A DNA stretch of 64,000 bases from an uncultured Pseudomonadales bacterium (GCA_943788835.1 CALSRU010000005.1:21343-85342), one strand, 5' to 3'; shown: positions 29,944 through 41,773, counted from the first letter of the stretch. The notes: generated by a model from the sequence alone, not told the origin. Translations and numbers: made by a program.

Positions 29944-32900
29944 ATGTCAGATGCCACTTTAACCGAAGCCTCTCTAAATCAAGCTAGCGATCCGCTAGTT
30001 TCCCGATCCTCTCATTCATCTCAAGAATCTGCTGTTGAGACGCACACAATTATGAGCGCTATTTCATCAAAACCTCTCGATCCTACCATTAAAAATGGTA
30101 AGACTAATGTCTCCCGCAGCGCAGTCCAAAGCAGCGAATTTATTCATCGGCACATCGGTCTTGATGCGCATAGTGATGGTGCGCCGATGCTTGAGGCGCT
30201 CGGCTATAGTTCAATGGACGCTTTCATTGAAGCGGTTGTTCCGGCCGCCATTTATCAGCGTGAACCACTCGCATTGCCCGGTGCGATAAGTGAGAGCGAG
30301 GCGCTTGCTCGATTAAAAAGTTTGGCTAATAAGAATAGCGTTTATCGCTCAATGCTTGGGCAGGGCTATTACGAAACACTAACGCCTACGGTTATCCAGC
30401 GTAATGTCCTAGAAAATCCTGCGTGGTATACGGCCTACACGCCTTATCAGCCGGAAATCTCGCAAGGTCGGCTTGAAGCATTACTTAATTTCCAAACTAT
30501 GGTTGGTGATCTCGCCGGGCTAGAAATTGCTAATGCTTCAATGCTAGATGAAGGTACTGCCGCGGCTGAGGCTATGACACTGGCTAAGCGTTGCGCAAAA
30601 AATAAATCTAACACGTTTTTTGTTGATCAAGATTGTTTTCCGCAAACAATAGCTGTTGTTAAAACGCGTGCAGAAGCAGCCGGATTTGATTTGGTTATTG
30701 GTGATCCCGAGCAGGATCAAGAAGGCTTTGATTATTTTGGTGTGCTTCTGCAGTACCCGGGTTGCTCTGGTGAGGTGCGTTTATTTGCAGATGCTATTGA
30801 AGCGGCACATGAGCGTAAGGCCCTAGTGATCATGGCCGCCGATATTATGGCTTTAGTGTTGCTTAAATCGCCTGGTTCGTTAGGCGCCGATGTGGCCGTA
30901 GGAAGCACGCAGCGATTTGGTGTGCCTATGGGTTTTGGCGGGCCGCATGCTGCCTATATGGCAACGCGCAATAAATACCAGCGCTCGCTGCCTGGCCGCT
31001 TGGTCGGTGTCTCGATTGATCAGCACGGCAAGCCGGCTTATCGGCTTGCGTTACAAACACGCGAACAGCACATTCGCCGCGAGAAGGCTACCTCTAACAT
31101 TTGTACTGCGCAGGCTTTGTTGGCTATCATGGCCTCTATGTACGCTTGCTATCATGGTCCGCAGGGTTTGCGTGCCATCGCTGCGCGTATTCATGAGCGG
31201 GCACATGTGTTTTCGCAAGGCATTATTGCCGGCGGCCTCGCGCTAGCCAATAACAGTTCTTTCGACACTGTTACGGTGATTACTGGTGAAGAAACTGATG
31301 CGATTATGCAACGGGCATGGGCAGCTAAGATAAATTTATATAAGGTGAATGATGGGCAAGTAAGGATTGCATTTGATGAATGCTCATCCGAGGCTGAGGT
31401 GTTTGCGTTGTGGGAAATTTTTCTGCCTGAACATCGGTTTAGTACGTATGAGGGCGTTCTTGCGGGCTGCCCGTTGAATTTGAATGCTTTGATTTATAGA
31501 AGCGATGCGATATTAAGTCATCCGGTTTTCTCTCGATACCACACTGAAACAGAAATGCTGCGTTACTTGCGACGTTTAGCTGATCGAGATTTAGCGCTCG
31601 ATCGCACAATGATTCCGTTAGGGTCGTGCACAATGAAGCTCAATGCTAGCAGTGAGATGATTCCAGTCAGTTGGCCGGAGTTTGCTAATATCCATCCGTT
31701 GGCACCCGAAGAACAAACCTTTGGGTATCGGGAAATGATTGCTGAGTTGGAGTCTATGCTCGCTGCTTGTACTGGTTACGATGCTGTTTCGTTGCAGCCT
31801 AATGCGGGTTCGCAAGGTGAATTTGCAGGACTTCTGGCCATTGCTGGTTATCATCGTAGTCGTGGTGACACTAAACGCAACATTTGCCTTATCCCTCAGT
31901 CTGCACATGGCACTAACCCTGCCTCGGCACAAATGTGCAGTATGCGTGTAGTGGTGGTCAACTGCGATGAAGATGGCAACATTGACATAGATGATTTGAA
32001 ATTAAAGGCAGCAGAGCACGATAAGCATCTTGCCGCTGTTATGGTGACTTATCCTTCAACCCACGGTGTTTTCGAGGCGCATATTCGTGAAGTGACCGAT
32101 ATTGTGCATCGTCACGGCGGGCAGGTTTATGTTGATGGCGCTAACCTCAACGCGATGGTGGGTTTGTGTCAGCCTGGTGAGTTTGGTGGCGACGTTTCGC
32201 ATTTAAATTTGCACAAAACATTTTGTATTCCTCATGGCGGTGGTGGTCCGGGAGTGGGTCCAGTTGCCGCAAAGGCGCACCTTGCGCCATTTTTGCCGAC
32301 AATGGCAAGTCAACCGAGTGATGCAGTGGGCGCATCGGTTGATATGAAGGTGCCAGTTATTTCGTCGGCACCTTTTGGCTCGGCCAGTATTTTGCCGATT
32401 AGCTGGATGTATATTTCTATGATGGGTAGTGAAGGTCTGCGCCAAGCGACTGAAGCGGCTATTTTGAGTGCCAACTATATTGCTATGCGTTTGTGCGAGG
32501 CTTATCCTGTTCTGTATACGGGCGAGCGAGGTTTGGTTGCACATGAATGCATCATTGATTTGCGGCCGCTGAAAGAGGCAACAGGTATTTCTGTTGAGGA
32601 TGTTGCCAAGCGCTTAATCGACTATGGTTTTCATGCGCCTACCATGTCTTTTCCGGTGGCGGGTACGTTGATGATTGAGCCTACTGAAAGCGAATCACTG
32701 GCTGAGCTAGATCGTTTTTGTGACGCTTTGCTAAGCATTAGATCCGAAATCAAACGGGTAGCTAGTGGTGAGTGGTCGTTAGAGGATAATCCGTTGGTTA
32801 ATGCGCCACACACAGCAGAGCAGATGATGGCCGATACCTGGCCGCATGCATACTCGCGAACGGATGCAGTTTATCCATTGTCTAGCTTACGGGTGAGTAA

Positions 32901-32988
32901 ATACTTCTCGCCAGTGGGGCGGGTCGACAATGTGCATGGTGATCGAAATCTTGTTTGTTCATGTCCGTCTATTGAAGATTATCGTTAA
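29944..32988 (+). CDS. gcvP: glycine dehydrogenase (decarboxylating), P protein
   Basis: 1014-aa ORF with [28 protein letters not shown] and the PLP site [19 protein letters not shown]. The N-terminus is about 50 aa longer than in E. coli; ATG 30052 is an alternative start. Confidence 0.93.
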   Translation: MSDATLTEASLNQASDPLVSRSSHSSQESAVETHTIMSAISSKPLDPTIKNGKTNVSRSAVQSSEFIHRHIGLDAHSDGAPMLEALGYSSMDAFIEAVVPAAIYQREPLALPGAISESEALARLKSLANKNSVYRSMLGQGYYETLTPTVIQRNVLENPAWYTAYTPYQPEISQGRLEALLNFQTMVGDLAGLEIANASMLDEGTAAAEAMTLAKRCAKNKSNTFFVDQDCFPQTIAVVKTRAEAAGFDLVIGDPEQDQEGFDYFGVLLQYPGCSGEVRLFADAIEAAHERKALVIMAADIMALVLLKSPGSLGADVAVGSTQRFGVPMGFGGPHAAYMATRNKYQRSLPGRLVGVSIDQHGKPAYRLALQTREQHIRREKATSNICTAQALLAIMASMYACYHGPQGLRAIAARIHERAHVFSQGIIAGGLALANNSSFDTVTVITGEETDAIMQRAWAAKINLYKVNDGQVRIAFDECSSEAEVFALWEIFLPEHRFSTYEGVLAGCPLNLNALIYRSDAILSHPVFSRYHTETEMLRYLRRLADRDLALDRTMIPLGSCTMKLNASSEMIPVSWPEFANIHPLAPEEQTFGYREMIAELESMLAACTGYDAVSLQPNAGSQGEFAGLLAIAGYHRSRGDTKRNICLIPQSAHGTNPASAQMCSMRVVVVNCDEDGNIDIDDLKLKAAEHDKHLAAVMVTYPSTHGVFEAHIREVTDIVHRHGGQVYVDGANLNAMVGLCQPGEFGGDVSHLNLHKTFCIPHGGGGPGVGPVAAKAHLAPFLPTMASQPSDAVGASVDMKVPVISSAPFGSASILPISWMYISMMGSEGLRQATEAAILSANYIAMRLCEAYPVLYTGERGLVAHECIIDLRPLKEATGISVEDVAKRLIDYGFHAPTMSFPVAGTLMIEPTESESLAELDRFCDALLSIRSEIKRVASGEWSLEDNPLVNAPHTAEQMMADTWPHAYSRTDAVYPLSSLRVSKYFSPVGRVDNVHGDRNLVCSCPSIEDYR

Positions 32989-33128
32989 GGCTGGGCGAAG
33001 TGCCGAATTTGAATAAATACTGTTAAAAAAGCCCCCTAGCAGAGCAACTGCTGTGCTTCGCTCTGTTTAATCAACACCGAGCAACAGCCTTTACCTCTAG
33101 CCAAATCAAGCATTACTGCATCCGATAG

Positions 33129-33155
33129 CTCTGCTGCTGCAGGAACAGAGTTTTT
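33129..33155 (+). terminator. candidate terminator downstream of gcvP
   Basis: CTCTGCTG...CAG-gaa-CAGAG stem with a bulge, followed by TTTTT (33151-33155), about 140 nt after the gcvP stop. Confidence 0.4.
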
Positions 33156-33320
33156 GATGCCTCAATGCCAGCAGTGATGGATGGGTCCTGTCGAGAATAA
33201 TCTGCCGTGGAGCCTGAGATGGCAACCATGGACTATACTTATATGCTGAACCTTTGGGTGTGCGAACATACCCTGTCAAAAAGCCTACTGAGCGCGCGGA
33301 TATGAGGCAGATTTTTGCTA

Positions 33321-34379
33321 ATGGCTAAAGAAATACTGGAAACCAACAACCTGATAGATAGGCGTGCCTGGGTGGTGGATCTATTTTCATTTGTTGGAAT
33401 GACGCTCACCGGAATTCTGGGGGTGATCGCGTTTTTTGCAGAAAATTTAGCATTGAGTGTCTCCTTAATTACTGCCTCGATAATCTATTTTGCCGCGTAT
33501 CGTATCCATCGACTACAAAAAGACTACTCGATTTCGGCAGCTGTCATCGTGTACTCGCTCCATGGGCTGATGATCTTTCTCGTTTATTCAGGAGGCGTTG
33601 AAAGCACCGGTCCACTATGGATATTTCTTGTTCCGCCGGTTTCGTTATTTCTTCATGGGCTCAAGCGTGGGCTAATTGAGGTCTCAATTTTCCTCGCCAT
33701 TACCAGCCTGATTTTTTTTCTACCTCCCGACGCTTTTAGCCGAGCTAGTTATGCTAGCCCATTTGAGCTACGCCTCATTTTAGCCTTTATGACGGTGACA
33801 TTTTTGTCGGCTTGTTATGAATACTCTATCCAACAATCTTATAACGATACATTGCAGGCCAGCAAACGATACGAGCATCTGGCCCGCACCGACCCACTCA
33901 CTAAACTTTGTAACAGGCGGGGCGCTCTAACTATAATGCAGCAAGAGCAGCGCCGTATGACGCGCAATCAGCAGCCGATGTCTATTATCTTGTGTGATGT
34001 CGATCACTTTAAGAAGGTTAACGATCAATATGGGCATGATGCTGGAGACACGGTATTAGTGCGCCTTGGAGAGATTTTTATAACGCTAGTCCGCGAGCAA
34101 GATACGGTCGCTCGATGGGGCGGTGAAGAGTTTCTTTTCATTTTACCCCAGACATCAGCGCAAAATGCAGCGATTCTCGCCCAAAAAATACATCTAGCAT
34201 TGCGAGACCAGACAATTAGTGTCGGAGAGGTTGGTATCGCCATTACTGTAAGTATGGGTGTTGCGGAAACGAAGGGCGATCAAGCCCTAGATGAAATAAT
34301 TAAGCGCGCTGATAATTATCTGTATAAAGCTAAAGATTCGGGTAGAAATCAAACCATGCCTGCAGCCTCTGCAGGCTAG
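33321..34379 (+). CDS. membrane-anchored diguanylate cyclase (multi-TM sensor + GGDEF)
   Basis: A hydrophobic N-terminal half of about 170 aa, then a GGDEF domain (DPLTKLCNRRG, DVDHFKKVNDQYGH, RWGGEEFLFILP, YKAKDSGRN). Confidence 0.88.
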   Translation: MAKEILETNNLIDRRAWVVDLFSFVGMTLTGILGVIAFFAENLALSVSLITASIIYFAAYRIHRLQKDYSISAAVIVYSLHGLMIFLVYSGGVESTGPLWIFLVPPVSLFLHGLKRGLIEVSIFLAITSLIFFLPPDAFSRASYASPFELRLILAFMTVTFLSACYEYSIQQSYNDTLQASKRYEHLARTDPLTKLCNRRGALTIMQQEQRRMTRNQQPMSIILCDVDHFKKVNDQYGHDAGDTVLVRLGEIFITLVREQDTVARWGGEEFLFILPQTSAQNAAILAQKIHLALRDQTISVGEVGIAITVSMGVAETKGDQALDEIIKRADNYLYKAKDSGRNQTMPAASAG

Positions 34380-34932
34380 ATTGTGATGAGTAAAGAAGTC
34401 AGAGTCATCGGATTCTTTTTCATTTCCAATCAAAAGGCTCAAGTGGCTGAATGTCAATTCCAACAGTGTCTGGCATTGCTCGCTATAGGTGCTTTCGGCA
34501 TACAGTATTTGTGGCGACAGGGCTTTTGATGAAATAGCGATAGCTGCGGGCCATTACTATGGTAGTCGTTGTTATTGTGCTTTTTATACTTCGGCTCTAC
34601 GTCAGAGCTTTTTAAACTGAGCGCCGATGCAGAAAGAATGACCGAAGCGACAACCTAGCTTATTGAAAATCGACAGATAAAAGCAGTAGGCATTGATACA
34701 GCTAGTTTTGACGTTGGTAAATCTATTTGGCCTTGCTGCACATGTTGCCATAATAACGCACAATGCGCGGGCGTTTGAAAACGTAGCTAGTTTGCATGAG
34801 TTGCCGGCTCTCGGTATTTATGTATCAGCCCTGCCTGTTAAAATTTGCCGTGGTAGTGGCGGCCGCTACGTATCGTTGCAAAGGTACATGACGATATTCG
34901 CTAGACGCATTTTCATAATCGACGAGATTTGC

Positions 34933-36957
34933 TTATTCGGCGTTTTCAGGCGCTTTGCCCTTGCTAGTGTCGCTAAAGACCACCACATTATTGCGCCCTT
35001 TTCTCTTAGCTTCATACATTGCATGATCGGCACACTCCATTAATAAGGCCTGGCTGTGTGCATGGGTAGGGTAAATTGCTACGCCAATACTCGATGAAAT
35101 GTGTAGGGCTTTTTCATTCGTCCTTTCAAAAGGTGCTTCTAGCGTTTTTCGTATTTTTTCGGCTACATCCTCAGCGTTTTCGTAAATAGCTGGGAGAATG
35201 ACTACAAATTCGTCTCCTCCTAAACGTCCAACCGTATCGGTTGCGCGCAAACACGCTTGAATGCGCATAGAAGCTTCTCTTAGCAGCCAGTCACCCACGT
35301 GGTGTCCGCAGGTATCGTTGACCTCTTTAAATCCGTCCAAATCAATAAAGAGAATAGCCATGCTTTTCTTGTTGCGATCACTGAAAGCGATAGCTTGCTT
35401 TAACCTATCATTAATTAAGCGACGATTAGGCAGTTGTGTTAGCTGATCATACGAAGCCTCTTTATCAAGACGGATTTGAAGATTTTTTTGTTCAGTAATG
35501 TCGTAGTTGACGCCTACAACGCGTGTTGGATTGCCTGATTCGTCGAAAGAAGTTTTCGATACTGCTTTGATATAGCGCACAGAATTGTCAGGCCATAAAA
35601 TACGAAACTCAGGGCGGTATTCTCGCTCATTTCTAAGAGCTGCTTGCATTTCCTCATCAACGTAAGCCCTGTCGTCGGGGTGTACTCTGGCCAGCCATGC
35701 TTCATACAAATCGCCAAAAATTGACTGATCGATACCGTACAGGCTAAACATAACGGCATCCCAGTTCAAAATATTGTCTTTAACATTCCAGTCCCAAATT
35801 CCTACGATTCCGGCCGACGCTCCCGCCTTTAATCGATTGATTAAGATTTGTGATTCATCACGTGCAGCACGCAAATTTCTGGTGCTGATTGAAATATTTA
35901 ACAGGATAATCAATAAAAGAATTGATAGGGCTGATCCGGCGTATGCGATTAATTTGGACAAGTTGCTTTCAGCCGCGCTCTCAAAAGCGGCTGTGCTGTA
36001 AAATTTCACCGTCCAGTTGCGGCCAGGAAATTCAACTATTCTAGTTGAAGAAAATGCAGGTTTAAATTCTTTCTCGTAAGAATCGAGCAAGTTATTTTTT
36101 TTCGGAGTGTACAGAATATCCTTGGGGCTTGCGGTGCTTCCATCATATATTTCAAAATTTATTTGGCGCTGCTTTTTATTTAATAGAATGCCTTCAATTA
36201 AATTGTCCATTCGGAATGGGCTGTAGACATAGCCGATCAGTTCTTTTTGACGTTGCTCTATATTTTCTATAGGGGCACCATTTCGATATAAAGGTAGATA
36301 CATGAGAAATCCATTCTGCAAATCTTCGCCATTTTCTTGAACCAGTTTGACTTTGGCAGAAAAGGCTACGTCGCCATTGTCGCGAGCAATATCCATTGCG
36401 ACATGCCGCGCATTTTCCGAGTACATGTCATAGCCAAAAGCGCGCTGATTTCTAGCAGTGAATGGTTCAAGGTAGAGGATGCTGCTGTATTTTTCTCTCA
36501 CTCCTGACGGAAAAACCTTAAATTCATCGAAGCCCTCAAGTCGTACGGCGTCGATAAAATCGTTTTTTTCTTCCGGTCTCAACATTACCGCATAGCCAAT
36601 TCCTTGGATGCCAGGCCAATGTTTATCAACTTCTAAATTAGTCACGTAGTCATTAAATTCTTGGCGGCTAACGTGTACACTCGATTTAAATAATCCTATG
36701 CCGCCGCGCAGAACCTGTTCATATCCCTGCATACGCTGCTGGATGGCTTGGAGAGTTTCGGCGACCTTGAATATAAATAAATCGCTTGTATGCTGCTGAT
36801 GTGATTTGTTAGTGATCGACCAAGCAACAAACGTAAGACAAAGACTTAGCGAAAATATAAGCCAGGCTAAATAAGTGCGCCGGAAAAAGAGTGTCAGACG
36901 TTTTGGGCTGGAGGGCATATCCACATTGTTAGACATTTCGTTAATGTTGCTAGCCAT
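34933..36957 (-). CDS. CHASE-PAS-GGDEF diguanylate cyclase
   Basis: ATG 36957 is preceded by GAGGGA. TM1, then a periplasmic CHASE domain (WPGIQGIGYAVM, YLEPFTARNQRAFGYDMYSE), TM2, a PAS domain, and GGDEF (RLGGDEFVVILP). Confidence 0.88.
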   Translation of the reverse strand: MASNINEMSNNVDMPSSPKRLTLFFRRTYLAWLIFSLSLCLTFVAWSITNKSHQQHTSDLFIFKVAETLQAIQQRMQGYEQVLRGGIGLFKSSVHVSRQEFNDYVTNLEVDKHWPGIQGIGYAVMLRPEEKNDFIDAVRLEGFDEFKVFPSGVREKYSSILYLEPFTARNQRAFGYDMYSENARHVAMDIARDNGDVAFSAKVKLVQENGEDLQNGFLMYLPLYRNGAPIENIEQRQKELIGYVYSPFRMDNLIEGILLNKKQRQINFEIYDGSTASPKDILYTPKKNNLLDSYEKEFKPAFSSTRIVEFPGRNWTVKFYSTAAFESAAESNLSKLIAYAGSALSILLLIILLNISISTRNLRAARDESQILINRLKAGASAGIVGIWDWNVKDNILNWDAVMFSLYGIDQSIFGDLYEAWLARVHPDDRAYVDEEMQAALRNEREYRPEFRILWPDNSVRYIKAVSKTSFDESGNPTRVVGVNYDITEQKNLQIRLDKEASYDQLTQLPNRRLINDRLKQAIAFSDRNKKSMAILFIDLDGFKEVNDTCGHHVGDWLLREASMRIQACLRATDTVGRLGGDEFVVILPAIYENAEDVAEKIRKTLEAPFERTNEKALHISSSIGVAIYPTHAHSQALLMECADHAMYEAKRKGRNNVVVFSDTSKGKAPENAE

Positions 36958-37529
36958 TTGGGCTTTCCCTCTGTTGTGGTTCAAAATACATACGACCGAC
37001 CTTTGACGAGAACATTTCACTGCCTATGTTGTTTAAGGTAGTCGTTTATTGCTTACGCTTCAACATTAGCGATTAATGTGCGGCTTGGAGAGATGCAAGG
37101 CGGCGTTTTTATGTTTGTCAATTTGTGGTGAGGGGGTGTCTGGGCGTCGGTGTGGAAGGCTGCTAGTGCCAGCTGTCTGCTGCCGATGGGGAGTACCGAC
37201 GGACTACTTGGGTTTTGCTTGGATGCTAGCGGCTAATGCAGTATTTACTTCTGTAGACCGGCTAAGTCGTTATAATATTAGTGTGAGTAATGGCCGCCCG
37301 GATCGGTAGCGGTGCCATTGAGGGCTGGAGCTGGCAAAAGGTGGCGCAAGATGACTGTGGTGCCATAATTTGCTAAGGCAGTCATGTAAACTCTTTGGCT
37401 GTCGCAGTCGTATATGTAGGAAATATATCGCAAAGGGTACGCTAACCGCAGCGTTCGCGTTTCGTTGCACGCGGTGACTAGCCAGAGTTCAATCAGAAGT
37501 TAAGTTGAGAAGTTCAAGAGGTAGCAAAA

Positions 37530-37952
37530 ATGAAATTAGTACAAGTTATGAGCCAATATAAAGCGGCTTTGTTGAGTGTAGTTATCGCTTTTAGTGCGTT
37601 TGCCAATGCCGGTTCGGTTGAAGATGCGATTGCAGAGCGGATAAAGCCAGTAGGCTCAGTGTGTGTGGCGGGAGACGATTGCGCAAAGGGTCTTTTATTA
37701 GCCGCAGCGGGTCCGAAGTCGGGTGAAGAGGTTTACAACCAGTCATGTTTGGCTTGTCACTCGTCGGGCGCTGCCGGTGCTCCAAAATTTAGGAATGCAG
37801 GTGATTGGACTGCTCGGTTGGCCGCAGGGCTAGATACAGTCTACGCCAATGCTATTGGGGGTATTGGCGCAATGCCCGCTAAAGGATTGTGTATGAGCTG
37901 TTCAGACGATGAAATTAAAGCAGCCATCGACCACATGATTGAAGGTTTATAG
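37530..37952 (+). CDS. cytochrome c5
   Basis: Signal peptide, the single haem site CLACHSSGAAGAPKF, and the C-terminal GAMPAKGLCMSCSDDE. Confidence 0.85.
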   Translation: MKLVQVMSQYKAALLSVVIAFSAFANAGSVEDAIAERIKPVGSVCVAGDDCAKGLLLAAAGPKSGEEVYNQSCLACHSSGAAGAPKFRNAGDWTARLAAGLDTVYANAIGGIGAMPAKGLCMSCSDDEIKAAIDHMIEGL

Positions 37953-37975
37953 GGCATCTGCCCTCAGAACAAAAA

Positions 37976-38004
37976 ACGGCTCCTTTTGGGGCCGTTTTTT
38001 TTTT
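37976..38004. terminator. bidirectional rho-independent terminator (cytochrome c5 / KAS III gene)
   Basis: ACGGCTCC-tttt-GGGGCCGT stem flanked by an A-run and a T-run of 10 or more. Confidence 0.8.
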
Positions 38005-38067
38005 GGGGTGCGGGGGTGGGGCTTGCTGATACTCTCTTACTTATCAAAATCTTTAACAGTGCTATGT

Positions 38068-39189
38068 TTAGACTTTGCGCACAACTACACTGCCAATGCT
38101 GTAGCCTGCGCCGAAAGAACACAGTACGCCCAGGTCTCCCGACTGGAGGTCGCCACGCGCCTTGTGAAAGGCGATAATTGATCCTGCCGAGGAAGTGTTC
38201 GCATACTCATCCAAAATAGTAGGGGCCTCTGTTTCTGTTGCGTCGCGCCCCAGGACTCGTCGCGCGATTAACTGATTCATGCTGAGGTTGGCTTGGTGCA
38301 GCCACATGCGCTTTAATTGGCCGGGCAAAATATTCAACTCATCTAATTGCTCTGCTATTTGCTTCGCTACTGCAGGGCAGACCTCTTTGAAAACTTTACG
38401 CCCTTCTTGCACAAATAATTTATCGGCTTTGCCGATGCCTGACTCGTCGCCACGGTTAAGAAAGCCGAAGTTGTTGCGGATGTTATTAGAGTAGATAGTT
38501 TGGAGCTTACTGCCCAGAATCTCATATTGCTCTGCAGCTGTTGCGGTGTCGGCACTCTCTATAATGACGGCTGTACAGACGTCGCCAAAAATGAAGTGTG
38601 AGTCTCTGTCTTTGAAGTTGAGGTGCCCGGTGCAAATTTCAGGATTGACCATGAGCACGCAGCGAGCGCTGCCGCTGGCTACTGAGTCACGAGCTTGCTG
38701 CAAACCAAAAGTTGCCGAGGAGCAGGCCACATTCATATCAAATGCAAAGCCTTTGATGCCTAGAGCATCTTGAATTTCGACTGCCATTGCGGGGTAGGCT
38801 CGTTGCAAATTGGACGCCGCAACTAAGACCATATCTATATCGGCAGCTATTTTACCGGCCGTTGCCATGGCTTCTTTTGCTGCGGCTATGGCCATTTCGC
38901 ATTGAATGGAGGGTTCGTCATTACTGCGCTCAGGTAGCATAGGTACCATGCGCTCGGGGTCGAGAATCCCAGCTTTATTCATAACATAGCGATTTTTGAT
39001 GCCCGAGGCTTTTTCGATAAATTCGGCAGAAGACGGCTGCATTGGCTCTTCATGCCCGGCTGCTATAGCGTCTTTGTGTTCCAAATTATGTAGCTGCGCA
39101 TAGGCATTGAATGCTTCTACTAGCTCGTAATTACTGATAGATTCGTCGGGCGTATAAAGCCCAGTCCCGCTGATAACCGTTTTACTCAT
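38068..39189 (-). CDS. beta-ketoacyl-ACP synthase III family protein (FabH-like)
   Basis: 373 aa. [20 protein letters not shown], the active-site Cys context [12 protein letters not shown], and GAGYS at the C-terminus. Confidence 0.88.
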   Translation of the reverse strand: MSKTVISGTGLYTPDESISNYELVEAFNAYAQLHNLEHKDAIAAGHEEPMQPSSAEFIEKASGIKNRYVMNKAGILDPERMVPMLPERSNDEPSIQCEMAIAAAKEAMATAGKIAADIDMVLVAASNLQRAYPAMAVEIQDALGIKGFAFDMNVACSSATFGLQQARDSVASGSARCVLMVNPEICTGHLNFKDRDSHFIFGDVCTAVIIESADTATAAEQYEILGSKLQTIYSNNIRNNFGFLNRGDESGIGKADKLFVQEGRKVFKEVCPAVAKQIAEQLDELNILPGQLKRMWLHQANLSMNQLIARRVLGRDATETEAPTILDEYANTSSAGSIIAFHKARGDLQSGDLGVLCSFGAGYSIGSVVVRKV

Positions 39190-39265
39190 GGTGCGTGTCC
39201 GCTGTGGTCTTCTTTGTCGCGAGTATAACCTAAATCATAGGGCAGCATTTGCATCTCTCTAAGTC

Positions 39266-41338
39266 TTAATCGAATAGCGACTTTAAGCTCTCTATGGTTT
39301 GCTTGCCCTTCTCGGCGTTGGTGGCCTCATCCATTTTTTCACCAAAGCCTGAACGCTGAATATCATCTACTGGTAGTTCAGCTAAAAAACGGCTGGGCTG
39401 GCAGTTCAGCATCTCGCCAAATTGCTTGCGTTGTTTAGCCATCGTCAGCACCAATTTCTTTTGTGCGCGCGTGATCCCTACGTAGGCGAGACGCCGTTCT
39501 TCCTCAATGTTATTGTCTTCGATGCTATTGCGGTGTGGTAAGAATTCTTCTTCAAATCCCATAATAAAAACGTGTGGAAACTCTAAGCCTTTAGAGGCGT
39601 GGAGGGTCATAATTTGCACTTTGTTGTCTGCCTCCTCTTCGGATTGTTGGTCAAGCAGGTCGCGCAATAATAGTTTGGCTATCACCGCTTCTAATAAATC
39701 TGCTTCGCCGGTTGTGTCGGGCGTAGTCTCGGCAAGCGTTTTTTGGTTAGTGATTTCTTTAGCAATTGAAGCCATTAAAAAGTAGACATTTTCCATGCGT
39801 CTTTCAGCTACAGCGCTGCCGCTGCAATTTTGATTCAGCCAGCCGAGATAATCAATATCGTCGAGCATTTCATGGAGAGCCGGCATCGCACTACTATTGT
39901 CAATTTGGCGCTGTAGATTATTGAACCACTGCGATAGTTTGCGCAGGTGCGCAAGGCCAGCTTCGGGCATTTGCTGGGCTAGGCCAATTTCGTCGATGGC
40001 ACTGAATAAGCTGCATTCGCGCTCCATCGCATAATTACCTAACACCTCGAGCGTGCTGATGCCAATTTTTCGGCGTGGTACGTTCACAATGCGCAAAAAA
40101 GCGGCGTCATCGTCAGGATTAACCAGCACGCGCAGGTAAGCCATAACATCTTTTATTTCGTTGCGCGCAAAAAAAGCCGTTCCGCCGGTCACATGGTAGG
40201 GGATTTGTTTTGCCTGGAGCTTAAGCTCCAACAGTTTGGTTTGATGGTTGCTCCTCACCAGAACCGCAAAATCTTTGAGCTGTAACTTAGACCTTAAGCG
40301 CTGATCGATGATCTCGTTGGCAATAAATTCCGCCTCTACCTCTTCATTGGCTAACTGCACTACAGAGATAGGCTCGCCAAGACCTTTTTCGCTCCAGAGC
40401 TTTTTTTCAAAGAGGTGGTCATTGTTGGCAATAAGCTGATTGGCACTGCGCAAGATTCGATTAGTCGAACGATAATTTTGCTCGAGTTTAATGACTTTGA
40501 GGCCTTTGAAATCGGCCGATAACTGCTGTAGATTTTCAGGATTGGCGCCGCGCCAAGTGTAAATAGACTGGTCATCATCGCCTACTACGCATAACCCGGA
40601 GCGATTACCGACGATAAGTTGGACGAGCTGGTATTGACCAGTGTTAGTGTCTTGATATTCATCCACCAACAGGTAGCGAATGCGCTTTTGCCAGCGTGCT
40701 CGCGCAGACTCATCCTCGCCCAAAATTTTTACCGGTATCGCTATAAGATCGTCAAAGTCCACCGCGTTGTAAGAAGCCAGTGCTCTCTCGTAGCGTTTGA
40801 AAACTTCCACCATTCTGTGTTCTTGTTTGTTGGTGGCAGTGGGCTCGGCTTGTGCGGGGCTTGTGGCATGACTTTTCCAGCGGGAGATTTGCTGCTGGCA
40901 AAGATCGAGGAGTGTTTCTGCGCTATCACTATCGTTAAGTAGAATATCTTTTAACAGAGCTTTGCTGTCTTGGTCGTCTAGAATAGAAAAGCCGGCTTTG
41001 CGCTTGGCCAAGGGCAACTCACGCTGAATGATTCTGAGGCCCAGTTGGTGGAATGTGCTGATTTGCAACCCACGGGAGGCACTACCAAGCAGCGCTTGGG
41101 CTCGACTGCGCATCTCTCGAGCAGCCTTGTTGGTGAATGTGACGGCAGCAATGTGGCGAGCGTTGAGGTCACACTCGGTAACTAGCCATCTTATCTTGCG
41201 AGTAATTACGCTGGTTTTGCCACTACCTGCGCCGGCGAGCACTAATAGTGGGCTGCTAACGTAGCGCACGGCTGCCTGCTGGTCAGAATTTAGACTGTGC
41301 AGTGGGGGCAGGTTAGCGGAAGCTTCTTCTCTGGACAA
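39266..41338 (-). CDS. rep: ATP-dependent DNA helicase Rep (UvrD/Rep SF1)
   Basis: 690 aa with the Walker A motif AGAGSGKTSVIT, YLLVDEYQDTN, GDDDQSIYTWRGA, QNYRST and LHASKGLEFPHVF. Confidence 0.93.
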   Translation of the reverse strand: MSREEASANLPPLHSLNSDQQAAVRYVSSPLLVLAGAGSGKTSVITRKIRWLVTECDLNARHIAAVTFTNKAAREMRSRAQALLGSASRGLQISTFHQLGLRIIQRELPLAKRKAGFSILDDQDSKALLKDILLNDSDSAETLLDLCQQQISRWKSHATSPAQAEPTATNKQEHRMVEVFKRYERALASYNAVDFDDLIAIPVKILGEDESARARWQKRIRYLLVDEYQDTNTGQYQLVQLIVGNRSGLCVVGDDDQSIYTWRGANPENLQQLSADFKGLKVIKLEQNYRSTNRILRSANQLIANNDHLFEKKLWSEKGLGEPISVVQLANEEVEAEFIANEIIDQRLRSKLQLKDFAVLVRSNHQTKLLELKLQAKQIPYHVTGGTAFFARNEIKDVMAYLRVLVNPDDDAAFLRIVNVPRRKIGISTLEVLGNYAMERECSLFSAIDEIGLAQQMPEAGLAHLRKLSQWFNNLQRQIDNSSAMPALHEMLDDIDYLGWLNQNCSGSAVAERRMENVYFLMASIAKEITNQKTLAETTPDTTGEADLLEAVIAKLLLRDLLDQQSEEEADNKVQIMTLHASKGLEFPHVFIMGFEEEFLPHRNSIEDNNIEEERRLAYVGITRAQKKLVLTMAKQRKQFGEMLNCQPSRFLAELPVDDIQRSGFGEKMDEATNAEKGKQTIESLKSLFD

Positions 41339-41773
41339 CGGATCGACTTAACTATGTTGGGTTGAGTGCACTATTACATACTGGTGTGCTGCGCGGGCGG
41401 CAGTATAGGGGTATTGCCGTTGTGGGTAAATCATTGATCACGGTTAACTTTTGTATTGCCGAGGATCTCAATGATGATGATCTCGAGAGGGCGTCTGATT
41501 GCCGAGCAACCCATAGTGTTAGCTGGCTTGGTTTGCCTTGAATAGAGCCCAGAAAAACAGCTGTTAATAAAACGCTTGCTGTGAAAATCGCACATTTTTT
41601 ATGGGTATGTGGCGTAGCAGAGGGCGTTTTTTTAGCCTACCCTTACCCAGTTAGGTCAGTATATGTTCCGGCTCAGAGTTTTAGTGTGAATAGCGAGTCA
41701 CTATTTAGAGACTCATTGAGAGTGAGCGGCGTTGGGCGCGCCTCGGTAAGAGTTGGTTGGTGGAAACTGTTAC

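Noticed and set aside
34693-35043. 116-aa plus-strand ORF
   Set aside because: It overlaps the 3' end of the CHASE-PAS-GGDEF gene on the opposite strand and has no RBS or recognisable motifs.
37076-37470. ORFs of 77 aa (+) and 66 aa (-) between the CHASE gene and cytochrome c5
   Set aside because: They mutually overlap, are Cys/Arg/Trp-rich and have no RBS. I also looked for sRNA signatures (6S, Rsm-like GGA loops) and found nothing convincing.
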